Positions 40,749 to 48,549 of a stretch of DNA of 64,000 bases are shown here, piece by piece. Below the pieces are notes generated by a model, which ran no database searches, was not told the origin of the DNA, and saw only the letters and a program-made list of their open reading frames with translations. Each line of letters starts with the position of its first letter. Position 1 is the first letter of the stretch. Both the position numbers and the translations under genes were made by a program. The stretch is from Smithellaceae bacterium (lineage in GTDB: Bacteria; Desulfobacterota; Syntrophia; Syntrophales; Smithellaceae), in assembly GCA_049514435.1 (NCBI GenBank), contig JBEKVB010000003.1, positions 72,131-136,130 on the forward strand, read 5' to 3'.

Positions 40749-40889
40749 ATTGTTGAAACTCTAATTCCGAAAGCGAAGCATAACGGAATTGGTAAGTTGA
40801 ACAATCCCGTGAAGCGGAGGGTTTAATACCCCGCAGCTTGCTACGGAATCTGTTTCCAAAGCTTGCTTTGGGGTTCATACCCGTGATTT
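40749..40889. repeat. structured repeat R3, copy a (overlaps the 3' end of the 40841 gene)
   Basis: AAACTCTAATTCCGAAAGCGAA...CGGAATTGGTAAGTTGAACAATCCCG...GGAGGGTTTAATACCCCGCAGC...GCTTTGGGGTTCATACCCGTGATTT. Collinear with 41741-41875. Confidence 0.8.
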
Positions 40890-41716
40890 CTAAAAAGTTT
40901 AATCTGTTCCTGATAGATACTCATCTCTTCAGGAGTGACTTTTTCCAAAACACACTCTTCCACCATATAACTTGTTACTTTATCATCAAATTGTATCCTG
41001 GCGCTGCTGTTCCCGGTCACCTCAAGTGCTACTCTGTCTTTTACATATAAAAGCGTTCGTCCTCCGGATTCCAGTTGATGATAAACCATATTTTTTTTCG
41101 GCGTCGGCAGGCCTATCATTTCAGTGTGTTCTTCAAAGTTCTGACGACCAATTTCCGTTTTAACCCCGTCCACAAGAAATAAAACTACGCCTAAAGGCAT
41201 CATTGTTACCATGCCGGCAACTGTAGTTGTCATACCCACGGCAAAACTCGAATAATCCGTAAATGTTCGGGAACGAAGCTCTAAAGGAGTCAATTTACGA
41301 AATTTCAAAACAATGCGACAGCCATAGAAATCCTTAAAGCTTTCCTCCAACTGATAATATTTTAATGCACGCACAATAAATTCGGAGACATGACCAAGGT
41401 AAAGTTTTTCACCGGGCGGCAATTTTACCGATTCCGGATTAACATCGCGCGACAACTTCAGACAACTGAAAAGTGTATCCTGTGCTCCCGGTTGTGTTGC
41501 GCACCCAGGCAACAGAATCGCATTGATTTCACCTCTGGTGGCACGCGCTTTTACCTCTTCTTCATAAGGGTCCATAGTTCTATCGATATAATTCTGATAA
41601 AATGCACCACACCCTGACAAATTAATAACAAGAATGATGCTGCTCAGCAGTAAAATTACCAATCGTACTGCTGTCTTTTTTGTATTTGGTAAAGAATATA
41701 ATTTATACTTGAGCAT
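40841..41716 (-). CDS. lipoprotein, unknown function
   Basis: 291 aa with lipobox LSGC after a hydrophobic N-terminus. No recognised domain. Confidence 0.6.
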   Translation of the reverse strand: MLKYKLYSLPNTKKTAVRLVILLLSSIILVINLSGCGAFYQNYIDRTMDPYEEEVKARATRGEINAILLPGCATQPGAQDTLFSCLKLSRDVNPESVKLPPGEKLYLGHVSEFIVRALKYYQLEESFKDFYGCRIVLKFRKLTPLELRSRTFTDYSSFAVGMTTTVAGMVTMMPLGVVLFLVDGVKTEIGRQNFEEHTEMIGLPTPKKNMVYHQLESGGRTLLYVKDRVALEVTGNSSARIQFDDKVTSYMVEECVLEKVTPEEMSIYQEQIKLFRNHGYEPQSKLWKQIP

Positions 41717-41740
41717 GGCAGGTTCTACTTATTGGATTTT

Positions 41741-41875
41741 ATTGTAAAACTCCAATTACGAAAGTGAAATCCGGCGCATGCCGGACGAAGCGTATCGGAA
41801 TTGGTAAGTTGAACAATCCCGCAAAGTGGAGGGTATAATACCCCGCAGCGAGCTTTGGGGTTCATACCCGTGATT
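41741..41875. repeat. structured repeat R3, copy b
   Basis: Same blocks as copy a. It has an extra palindromic insert TCCGGCGCATGCCGGA in the first hairpin loop and lacks a 27-bp segment present in copy a. Confidence 0.8.
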
Positions 41876-41916
41876 TAGGGTAAAAAATATATGAATAACG
41901 TCTTTTTGTCAAAAAT

Positions 41917-42237
41917 ATAATGAGACTCGCTGATAATGAGACCCAAGCTTCAGAAACAAAGTGAACTGAAGCTTGCTGGTCGTAATGAGACTCGCTGAAA
42001 ACGAACAAAGTGAAGTTTGAAGAGGAAGTCGAACTATCCAATAGCTAAAGGCTATTGGAAATTAATGAAACTCAAATGTTACAAACACAGTGCAGTAACA
42101 TTTGTTAGTTGAATTATCCCGCCGCAGGCGGAGGATATCGCAGATATCCGTGGTATCCCAAGAAGCGTAGTACCCTGAATAACCTGAAGGTCACCATGGG
42201 GGCATCTACGACGACGTGGGACTTCTACCTTATGTAA
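41917..42237 (-). repeat. modular hairpin array R2, long copy
   Basis: Five modules starting (A)TAATGAGAC or TAATGAAAC. Perfect 9-bp hairpins AAGCTTCAG/CTGAAGCTT, AAATGTTAC/GTAACATTT and CCAATAGC/GCTATTGG. Loops share AAAC-A(A/C)AGTG(A/C)A. Confidence 0.8.
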
Positions 42238-42312
42238 TTTTCCCGATCCATAAGTTCCTCTGCCCAATGAGATGGTTTTGATTATTCTGCAACTAGTCTA
42301 GAAAAAATAGAA
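42238..42312 (-). repeat. promoter/leader repeat R1, copy c
   Basis: TTTTCCCGATCCATAAGTTCCTCTGCCCAATGAGATGGTTTTGATTATTCTGCAACTAGTCTAGAAAAAATAG. Confidence 0.85.
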
Positions 42313-42334
42313 CCATTGTCCTTATTATCCGTCT

Positions 42335-42847
42335 TCATGGTATTTGAAGAGGACGTATCTTTGCTTGAACAAGATTGATTAAAGTTACACAATCATCATA
42401 GAACACATCAATCCGTTTAGCGTCTGTCTCACTCGGGAAATTCATATGAGCGACAACATTTCTTGGTAGTCTTAGCTCTTCAATGCCGAGCATCCATTTG
42501 TCCAAATCAGGGATTACTGGAATAAAAAGATTTGCGTTGGCACGGATTATTTCATTAAGGTCTACCAAGTCAATGTAATAAATCCCATGTTTACCGGGTT
42601 TTCCATGCCAAGATTTTTTGAGGTAATTATCTTGAAAGTGCTTTGCCTTTTTTTGGATTTCCTTATCGACGGCAATAATCCACCAATCTGGTGGTATTTG
42701 AACCGACAGCACTGTGTGAATGATGACACGAAATATATTTTCGATACAATACAACTTCCAATATGTTTGGCGTCCAATTAGTTTGCCGCTATTACCAACA
42801 GTACGATAATCAAATGGTGACAAACGAAAGTCTCTTGCAACGGGCAT
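42335..42847 (-). CDS. Swt1-like HEPN-domain protein (putative RNase)
   Basis: 170 aa. N-terminal helix WKLYCIENIFRVIIH and C-terminal R-x4-H motif LRLPRNVVAHMNF. Paralogous to the C-terminal half of 43780..44541. Confidence 0.65.
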   Translation of the reverse strand: MPVARDFRLSPFDYRTVGNSGKLIGRQTYWKLYCIENIFRVIIHTVLSVQIPPDWWIIAVDKEIQKKAKHFQDNYLKKSWHGKPGKHGIYYIDLVDLNEIIRANANLFIPVIPDLDKWMLGIEELRLPRNVVAHMNFPSETDAKRIDVFYDDCVTLINLVQAKIRPLQIP

Positions 42848-42848
42848 A

Positions 42849-43064
42849 TTACTTATTTCTCTTTAGAGATTTTGAAGATTTCTTAGACTTAGACAGAGAA
42901 ACAGCCACCACCGCTGGGTTAGTATCAAGAAACTCAGCAATCTCTATATTAGAAAAACCGGCAATATTAAGTTGGAGAGCTTTCTCCTTTTGTGGCACCC
43001 CTTCCATCGATTGTAGCAGAAGGAGAACTAGTAATCGTTCGATTCTATCTGTTGATGATTCCAT
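42849..43064 (-). CDS. mini-HTH protein, paralog 1 (sigma-70 region-4/LuxR-like HTH + basic tail)
   Basis: 71 aa, LNIAGFSNIEIAEFLDTNPAVVAVSL followed by KSKKSSKSLKRNK. Stop is 1 nt before the HEPN start. Confidence 0.65.
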   Translation of the reverse strand: MESSTDRIERLLVLLLLQSMEGVPQKEKALQLNIAGFSNIEIAEFLDTNPAVVAVSLSKSKKSSKSLKRNK

Positions 43065-43066
43065 TA

Positions 43067-43288
43067 TTATCTCCGTTTCTTGGTTTTTCGTCTGAGGTTA
43101 GATGTAAGAGTTCTAACCGTCTCTATTGACGTATTTAAGACATCTGCGATAGCTTGATTCTCGAGGCCTGCAAGTTTTAATAATCGTGCTCGTTCTGTTA
43201 TACTCTTGTCGACCCCAACCTGAATACTCATCACTTGAAGTATTTGTGTAAGTTTTTCTAGAATTTGTTCGTCGATTGATTTAGACAT
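43067..43288 (-). CDS. mini-HTH protein, paralog 2
   Basis: 73 aa, LLKLAGLENQAIADVLNTSIETVRTL followed by RRKTKKRR. 2-nt gap to the next gene. Confidence 0.65.
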   Translation of the reverse strand: MSKSIDEQILEKLTQILQVMSIQVGVDKSITERARLLKLAGLENQAIADVLNTSIETVRTLTSNLRRKTKKRR

Positions 43289-43293
43289 AATAA

Positions 43294-43542
43294 TTACTCC
43301 TGTTTTATTTTCTTTTTTGAATAGAGATACGGTGAGACATCTGTAGCAGATTTTTTGCCAAGTATTTTAGCAATATCGGTTGGTGTAAGTCCAGAAGACT
43401 TCAAAATCCGCGCCGCCGAGGGCTCGCTAAAGCCATTCTCTCCTTTGTTAATCTCAATAAATAACCTAAGAAGTGCATCAAGTCGCATTACAATTGCATC
43501 TCGTTGGTCAGAAGATTCCTTTTTCATTATCGTACTCTCCAT
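43294..43542 (-). CDS. mini-HTH protein, paralog 3
   Basis: 82 aa, ILKSSGLTPTDIAKILGKKSATDV followed by YSKKKIKQE. First gene after the conserved promoter at 43654-43693. Confidence 0.65.
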   Translation of the reverse strand: MESTIMKKESSDQRDAIVMRLDALLRLFIEINKGENGFSEPSAARILKSSGLTPTDIAKILGKKSATDVSPYLYSKKKIKQE

Positions 43543-43653
43543 ATTTTATGATCGCACCCGGTATAACGGAGCGGCGACCGAACAACGTTTACATGTATCT
43601 TGTACCAAGGGTCTTCGCTCCTCTGCTTTGCGGAATTGGAGTTTCACGAAAAT

Positions 43654-43693
43654 CACGTGCTTAAATATACTCGCAATTTTCTTGATTTCAATT
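43654..43693 (-). promoter_or_regulatory. conserved sigma-70-type promoter module R5, copy 1
   Basis: Minus strand TTGAAA (43691-43686), 16 nt spacer, TATATT (43669-43664), embedded in a 40-nt block. The block is near-identical to 51988-52027 and partly to 47238-47260. Confidence 0.6.
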
Positions 43694-43779
43694 ATCTTTT
43701 GTCATCGACGCGTGTTTTTGCAGCATGTCTCCCAGAATTTGGCCTTGATTAAATAAAACCGTCCCCATTATTCACCCAA

Positions 43780-44541
43780 TCATAACTTGAACATCATAGC
43801 TATTTCTCTAGCCCGTGACTCTACGAGCCCTCTATTTGTCTTATCCAGATATATGCAATGAGCAACATAGTTTCTCGAAGGCAAAATTTTCTTGAATGTA
43901 TTAATAAAACTACTTTTATCTTGTTCTTTTAGAGTTGGTAAAACATCTTTCCAGTTTTTATTTGATGTAATTATTTGAAAAAGATGACCTAATGTAACAC
44001 AATCCAAATCATCTTTTCTTTTATTATGTGTGTAATATGGTTCATTTTTTGCTCTTTTGATATCTTTTTTTATGTTATCATCTAACCTGTTATCCATCCA
44101 GCCTTTCTCATTCCCGAATGTAGAACGTAATAAATTTCTCAATGTATTTTCCAAACAAAAAATAACCCTGTAAGCCTCCATCATTTCCCCAGCTTCTTTA
44201 TAATGGCTTAATGGTTTTAACGGATTGATTGACCTTGTTCCTTCATTTGAAAATCCTTTTCTAGGACTTAAAGAATCTGTAAATTTTACTTTGGCCATTC
44301 GATAAAGATTTTGACCTTTGATCTCGTTTGTCTTTTTCCATTTACCGTCGGCTTTGATAATATAACCGTAACCTTTTGCACGATTAAGAATTGTACTAAC
44401 TGTAGTACTAGCTATACCAACAGCACTCGATATTTCGTGATGGTTTTTGCTTTTTGCCGAATTTAGAACATCAATCGCTTTTTTATGAATAGAAAGCAGC
44501 GCTTGAAGATTTGACGTAAGCTCTTCTGCGTTAGAAGACAT
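43780..44541 (-). CDS. winged-HTH + Swt1-like HEPN fusion protein
   Basis: 253 aa. N-terminal wHTH HHEISSAVGIASTTVSTILNRAKGYGYIIK. C-terminal LENTLRNLLRS helix and R-x4-H motif LPSRNYVAHCIYL. Confidence 0.65.
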   Translation of the reverse strand: MSSNAEELTSNLQALLSIHKKAIDVLNSAKSKNHHEISSAVGIASTTVSTILNRAKGYGYIIKADGKWKKTNEIKGQNLYRMAKVKFTDSLSPRKGFSNEGTRSINPLKPLSHYKEAGEMMEAYRVIFCLENTLRNLLRSTFGNEKGWMDNRLDDNIKKDIKRAKNEPYYTHNKRKDDLDCVTLGHLFQIITSNKNWKDVLPTLKEQDKSSFINTFKKILPSRNYVAHCIYLDKTNRGLVESRAREIAMMFKL

Positions 44542-44802
44542 CTAGATCACCTTCCTATAACCTTTTCCTTCTTTAATTAAGATTCCTTCTGATTCTAATT
44601 TTTTCCACAAATTAATAATTGTACTTGCACTTGTTTTTACTTCTTTGCTTATTTCCCTTTGCCCTTTGATCCCGGTCAAATCATAAATTTTTCTTTCCTG
44701 TGAACTCAATTCCTTTATACTTTCTGAAATGTTTTGTTTAACCAAAAACTCCATCATCTCCCTTATTTTTTTGATGTCTTGGTCATTTATTCTCTCTTCC
44801 AT
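44542..44802 (-). CDS. small winged-HTH protein
   Basis: 86 aa, GQREISKEVKTSASTIINLWKKLESEGILIKEGKGYRKV. Its stop abuts the start of the HEPN fusion gene. Confidence 0.6.
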   Translation of the reverse strand: MEERINDQDIKKIREMMEFLVKQNISESIKELSSQERKIYDLTGIKGQREISKEVKTSASTIINLWKKLESEGILIKEGKGYRKVI

Positions 44803-44943
44803 CCTTCCATTTGCCTTGGGTTTCTCACACCAACTAAAATAGCAATATCTTCCGAGGTCAACCCAAGGTTCTTGAGCGCATACACTTGGTCGTTTTTATC
44901 CTTTAAATTTTGGATTGTAAGTACTACCAATGAACATAAGAAG

Positions 44944-45273
44944 CTATGAGTCTATTTCTTCTTTCCCTTTTTTCTTCATCGACTCCGGTATCGGATAAAG
45001 ATGAAGAATTTTTGCATTTTTCTCAGGACCGATCTGAAATGCAACACCACTCGCAACCCAACGCTTCACTGCCTTGCTTAAGTTGCTGTGATCAATTTTG
45101 CATTTCGTGGCGATTTCGCGTTGCGTTGCTCCGCCGTCACATAAATTGAATGCTTTCACGTATTCTGGTGATGTACAAACAATCTTCTCCACCTTATCCA
45201 CGGGAATGGCAATGCTCCCAACTACTTGAATCAAAATTTTAAGCAAAGGTTCTAGCTTTTCATTATCATCCAT
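44944..45273 (-). CDS. small winged-HTH protein
   Basis: 109 aa, GATQREIATKCKIDHSNLSKAVKRWVASGVAFQIG. Confidence 0.6.
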   Translation of the reverse strand: MDDNEKLEPLLKILIQVVGSIAIPVDKVEKIVCTSPEYVKAFNLCDGGATQREIATKCKIDHSNLSKAVKRWVASGVAFQIGPEKNAKILHLYPIPESMKKKGKEEIDS

Positions 45274-45371
45274 TTTTTGCCTCCTTTGAGGAATTTTACG
45301 AGCAAAAGACTTTCTTACAATTACCTAAAGAAGATACTTTTCTTTAAAAACACGATATTTACCGCCAACTA

Positions 45372-45632
45372 TTAGGACGCTGATTTCTCAGAAACTACTT
45401 TCTTCGCTTTTCCTTTTTGTTTCCTTATAGCGAATAACATGACTCGCACGGTGTTTGGCGAAGTGCCAAGCATATTTGCAATTTCCTTCGGCTGTAATCC
45501 TGCATGTGATAACATCCAAATAAGCTCAGACTGGTTTTTGTTTTCAGATTTAAAAAGAACCATCAATTTGATGATTGCATCTAATTTGGAATTCAAAGAT
45601 ATAATCAGGTTTTGTAATACTTTGTCATTCAT
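45372..45632 (-). CDS. mini-HTH protein, paralog 4
   Basis: 86 aa, MLSHAGLQPKEIANMLGTSPNTVRVML followed by RKQKGKAKK. Overlaps the upstream paralog by 8 nt. Confidence 0.65.
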   Translation of the reverse strand: MNDKVLQNLIISLNSKLDAIIKLMVLFKSENKNQSELIWMLSHAGLQPKEIANMLGTSPNTVRVMLFAIRKQKGKAKKVVSEKSAS

Positions 45633-45867
45633 TGTTGGCTTTCCCTTTCGTCATCCTCGTTTTTCTTTGTGATAGCGTTGCAGTTACGTAGTTTGCTGGC
45701 TTACCAAGAATCCTCGCGATATCCGCTGGAGACACCCCAATCTTGTTCAGCTTAACTATTTTCTCAGCCATCGAGAGGCCATCCTTTTCTCCAGCATCAA
45801 GACCCAATGCTATCAAAATATTCAACCTCTTGACAATTTCATCAATTGTCTTTTCATTTTTTTCCAT
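45625..45867 (-). CDS. mini-HTH protein, paralog 5
   Basis: 80 aa, KLNKIGVSPADIARILGKPANYVTATL followed by QRKTRMTKGK. GGAGGG RBS. Confidence 0.65.
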   Translation of the reverse strand: MEKNEKTIDEIVKRLNILIALGLDAGEKDGLSMAEKIVKLNKIGVSPADIARILGKPANYVTATLSQRKTRMTKGKANNE

Positions 45868-45894
45868 TGTTCCCTCCAGTTAATAGCATGGCTA

Positions 45895-45931
45895 ATGCTA
45901 TCATTCTTTCAACATACTGTCAATACAGTAT
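45895..45931 (-). promoter_or_regulatory. sigma-70-type promoter overlapped by an inverted repeat (candidate operator)
   Basis: Minus strand TTGACA (45923-45918), 17 nt spacer, TAGCAT (45900-45895). The inverted repeat ATACTGT-N4-ACAGTAT at 45914-45931 covers the -35. Confidence 0.5.
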
Positions 45932-46096
45932 TTTTAATATAGATCATTAAGCAATTGTTTTATTTTTTTCAAGCAGGTAGGTTAATCTGGAGGTCTAAGT
46001 TATTCTGGACAATTATATTTTTCTATACATATCTATTTGAAGCGTCCGCAATATTCATTTAATTTTTCGCTACATCTCACCTTCTATTTCATATCC

Positions 46097-46912
46097 CTAA
46101 ATTTGGCTCGATGTTCTCTTTTTAACCTCTTCCACGATTTTTGGTAAAATAGTGCCGGTCTTTCCCCGGATTAGATAATCGGATATACCCTCTTCGGTAA
46201 GCGGTGTGCGATCAGAATTGATTTCAATTATAATTGTTTTCTGTTTAGATTGATACTGTTTTGCCATCCTGGGCAGCATGGCAAAAGGATGAACTACCGC
46301 CGACGTCCCGCAAATCAGCATCAGATCACATCTTCCTACTTCTGCCTGGCTTTCCTGGGATACATCCGCGGGAATAGCTTCATGAAAATGGACGACATCC
46401 GACTTCAGAACACCATTGCATTTTCGGCATAAAGGCGGCAAGCGATCTTCCGCCAGTAACCGATCCAGCTCGAATTCCCTCGGATCAAACCGGGAATCGC
46501 AGGAAAAACATCTCAGTAATGAAATATTTCCATGATAATCCAGAACTCTCTTACTGCCCGCTTTCTGGTGCAGGTTATCAATATTCTGGGTGACGATGCA
46601 TTTCAGGATTGCCATCTTCTCCAATTCGGCCAGGGCAAAATGCCCGGGATTAGGGAGGGCATTAATCAAATCCCCCAGAAGCGAAGCGCCGGTCATGCGC
46701 TCTATCCAGTATTCTTTGGGGTTTTGTTGAAACTTGTAATAACTCTGATAGGCCTTTCTTTCAGCATCGGGGTTTTTGGTCCAAATCCCGTTAGGTCCCC
46801 GAAAATCAGAGATTCCCGATTCGGTGGACATACCGGCTCCGGTCAACCCGATGGCATGTTTGCTTTTGATTATCAGCTGAGCTACTTTTGAAATTAATTC
46901 TTCCATATCCAT
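46097..46912 (-). CDS. cobB: NAD-dependent protein deacylase (sirtuin)
   Basis: GAGMSTESGISDFRGPNG, QNIDNLH, Zn module CFSC...CRKC, GTSAVV. Confidence 0.9.
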   Translation of the reverse strand: MDMEELISKVAQLIIKSKHAIGLTGAGMSTESGISDFRGPNGIWTKNPDAERKAYQSYYKFQQNPKEYWIERMTGASLLGDLINALPNPGHFALAELEKMAILKCIVTQNIDNLHQKAGSKRVLDYHGNISLLRCFSCDSRFDPREFELDRLLAEDRLPPLCRKCNGVLKSDVVHFHEAIPADVSQESQAEVGRCDLMLICGTSAVVHPFAMLPRMAKQYQSKQKTIIIEINSDRTPLTEEGISDYLIRGKTGTILPKIVEEVKKRTSSQI

Positions 46913-46966
46913 TCTTTAGTTATTCTGCAGATAATGAGGGGTCAGGTCTTGAAATATTAGTTCCCC

Positions 46967-47230
46967 CTATCTCGCCTCATGGGCCTTTTTCCCGTAAACC
47001 CTCTCATACGCCGCGCAGTATGGGCATAAGCCATTCTCGATATTCTTGACAAACCAATAAGCGATACCACGCTGTTTCTTCCTCGCGTGCGAGCATACCG
47101 GGCACGTGACGCAGTGCTCGGCCATTTTTTTATCTTTTTCGGTAGCAGTAGTTGTGTTCATATTAAGGTTCTCTGTGATACAAGTGTTATGCAGTCTTGG
47201 ACTACTATTAACATTTTGTCTCCTCTGCAA
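46967..47230 (-). CDS. small Cys-rich (CxxC...CxxC) protein, unknown function
   Basis: ORF of 87 aa. The real start may be the internal MNTTTAT (47161). Motifs CVTCPVC and CPYC. Confidence 0.45.
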   Translation of the reverse strand: MQRRQNVNSSPRLHNTCITENLNMNTTTATEKDKKMAEHCVTCPVCSHARKKQRGIAYWFVKNIENGLCPYCAAYERVYGKKAHEAR

Positions 47231-47237
47231 TAATAAT

Positions 47238-47260
47238 CATGTGCTTAAATATACTCGCAA
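47238..47260 (-). repeat. partial copy of promoter module R5 (copy 2, -10 half only)
   Basis: CATGTGCTTAAATATACTCGCAA matches the -10-proximal half of the 43654 and 51988 modules. Confidence 0.7.
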
Positions 47261-47268
47261 GGGGTTGA

Positions 47269-47580
47269 TCAGCAGGATAGCGTTTCAGCCATAACCGCTC
47301 GTTTGGCCTTTTTCCAGTCTGCCGATTTATGAGAAACTTTCCATAAATCATGATTGCTCTGCATATTCAGCCAAAGCTCAGGTGTCGTATTGAACGTTAC
47401 CGACAGACGTAAAGCCATATCCGGTGTGACAGCTCCACGCCTATTGATGATTTTAGAAACCGTCTTGCGTGATACATTCAACATGCCGGACAGGGCAGAA
47501 ATGTTGAGATTAAGCGGTTCAAGATAATGTTCTTTCAGAATTACGCCCGGGTGAACAGGCTGTCTCTTTTTTGCTCTCAT
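47269..47580 (-). CDS. higA: HigA-family antitoxin (XRE HTH)
   Basis: N-terminus KRQPVHPGVILKEHYLEPLNLNISALSGMLNVSRKTVSKIINRR is typical of HigA. Downstream of the toxin gene, as in higBA. Confidence 0.88.
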   Translation of the reverse strand: MRAKKRQPVHPGVILKEHYLEPLNLNISALSGMLNVSRKTVSKIINRRGAVTPDMALRLSVTFNTTPELWLNMQSNHDLWKVSHKSADWKKAKRAVMAETLSC

Positions 47581-47591
47581 TGTTGTTACCT

Positions 47592-47870
47592 CTAATGATA
47601 ATCTTCATAATTTGTTTCATAGGCAGCACCTTCAAGAAACCTAAACGTTATTCGCCAGTTTCCGGAAACTTTTATTGCCCATCTGTTGTCAGCTTTTGGC
47701 TCCAGTAAATGTAAATACGAACCAGGATAGTTCATGTCACGAATTTCATTTGCCGCATCAAGCCGATCCAAAATAGCGGCAAGCTTCTTCTCATGCTTCG
47801 GCTGTATTCCCTTTTTCGTCCCTTCATAGAAAAAATCTTCCAGCCCTTTATGCATGAATGATTTGATCAT
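47592..47870 (-). CDS. higB: HigB-type toxin (RelE/ParE superfamily, plasmid maintenance system killer)
   Basis: 92 aa. MIKSFMHKGLEDFFYEGTKKGIQPKH and GNWRITFRF motifs are typical of HigB. Confidence 0.88.
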   Translation of the reverse strand: MIKSFMHKGLEDFFYEGTKKGIQPKHEKKLAAILDRLDAANEIRDMNYPGSYLHLLEPKADNRWAIKVSGNWRITFRFLEGAAYETNYEDYH

Positions 47871-47975
47871 GACATTACTGTAACCTATGCGGTTACGGTT
47901 GTCAAGAAATTTCTTTAATGATGGACTTTTCTAATAGAAGAATACGACTATTCACGCTTCACGAGGGCAGCTCTA

Positions 47976-48377
47976 TTATCCTTCTTGACCGGGGACGATA
48001 ATGCGGGAAGCTTCCTGCCTTTGGATCTCCTTCGCTTCGGCAATCATCGCCTGAACTGCTTTTTCAATAGCCGCGGGCAACTTATCCGCTGCTTCGCTGA
48101 GAGTCTTTACCCCTTCAATGATGCACTGAACCGGAATCGGTCCATTGGGGGTCATCAGTTGAGTCATGCCGGTAAAAATACGTTCTCTGCTCTCATCAAC
48201 AGAGCCGTCAATTCTGACCGGCGTGAGGCAACGGATTGTGGCATAGGTAAGGTCGGTGAATGTCTCTTCTTTGTAAAGATTATCCTTATTTATTTTAATT
48301 TCTGTTTTTTTTGATCCGTCAGCGATACTCATGAGGTCTCTCCTTTGCGTGTGGGGTTCTCTGCTCATCTGCTCCAA
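47976..48377 (-). CDS. hypothetical cytoplasmic protein
   Basis: 133-aa ORF (start possibly the internal MSIADGS). No recognised motif. Confidence 0.45.
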   Translation of the reverse strand: MEQMSREPHTQRRDLMSIADGSKKTEIKINKDNLYKEETFTDLTYATIRCLTPVRIDGSVDESRERIFTGMTQLMTPNGPIPVQCIIEGVKTLSEAADKLPAAIEKAVQAMIAEAKEIQRQEASRIIVPGQEG

Positions 48378-48549
48378 AGAATTACGGAAAGCGCAAACCC
48401 AACAGCCCCTGTTTTTCCGGATTATTTCTTAATTGCTACACTGAAAAAGTCGAAGCGTCAAATGACATTTTTAGTCTCCCGGTATTCGTAACCTGAAGGT
48501 CATCATGACCAGGGGTTCGCTGCGGGAAAGATAGAGCAGGATGAATCTC

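Noticed and set aside
46097-46912. The Sir2 protein next to the HEPN locus as a defence-type SIR2 (NADase) effector.
   Set aside because: It has the full canonical sirtuin deacylase motif set, including the Zn-ribbon, and standard CobB size. There is no fused or adjacent defence partner such as HerA, a TIR domain, a pAgo or a DSR-type extension.
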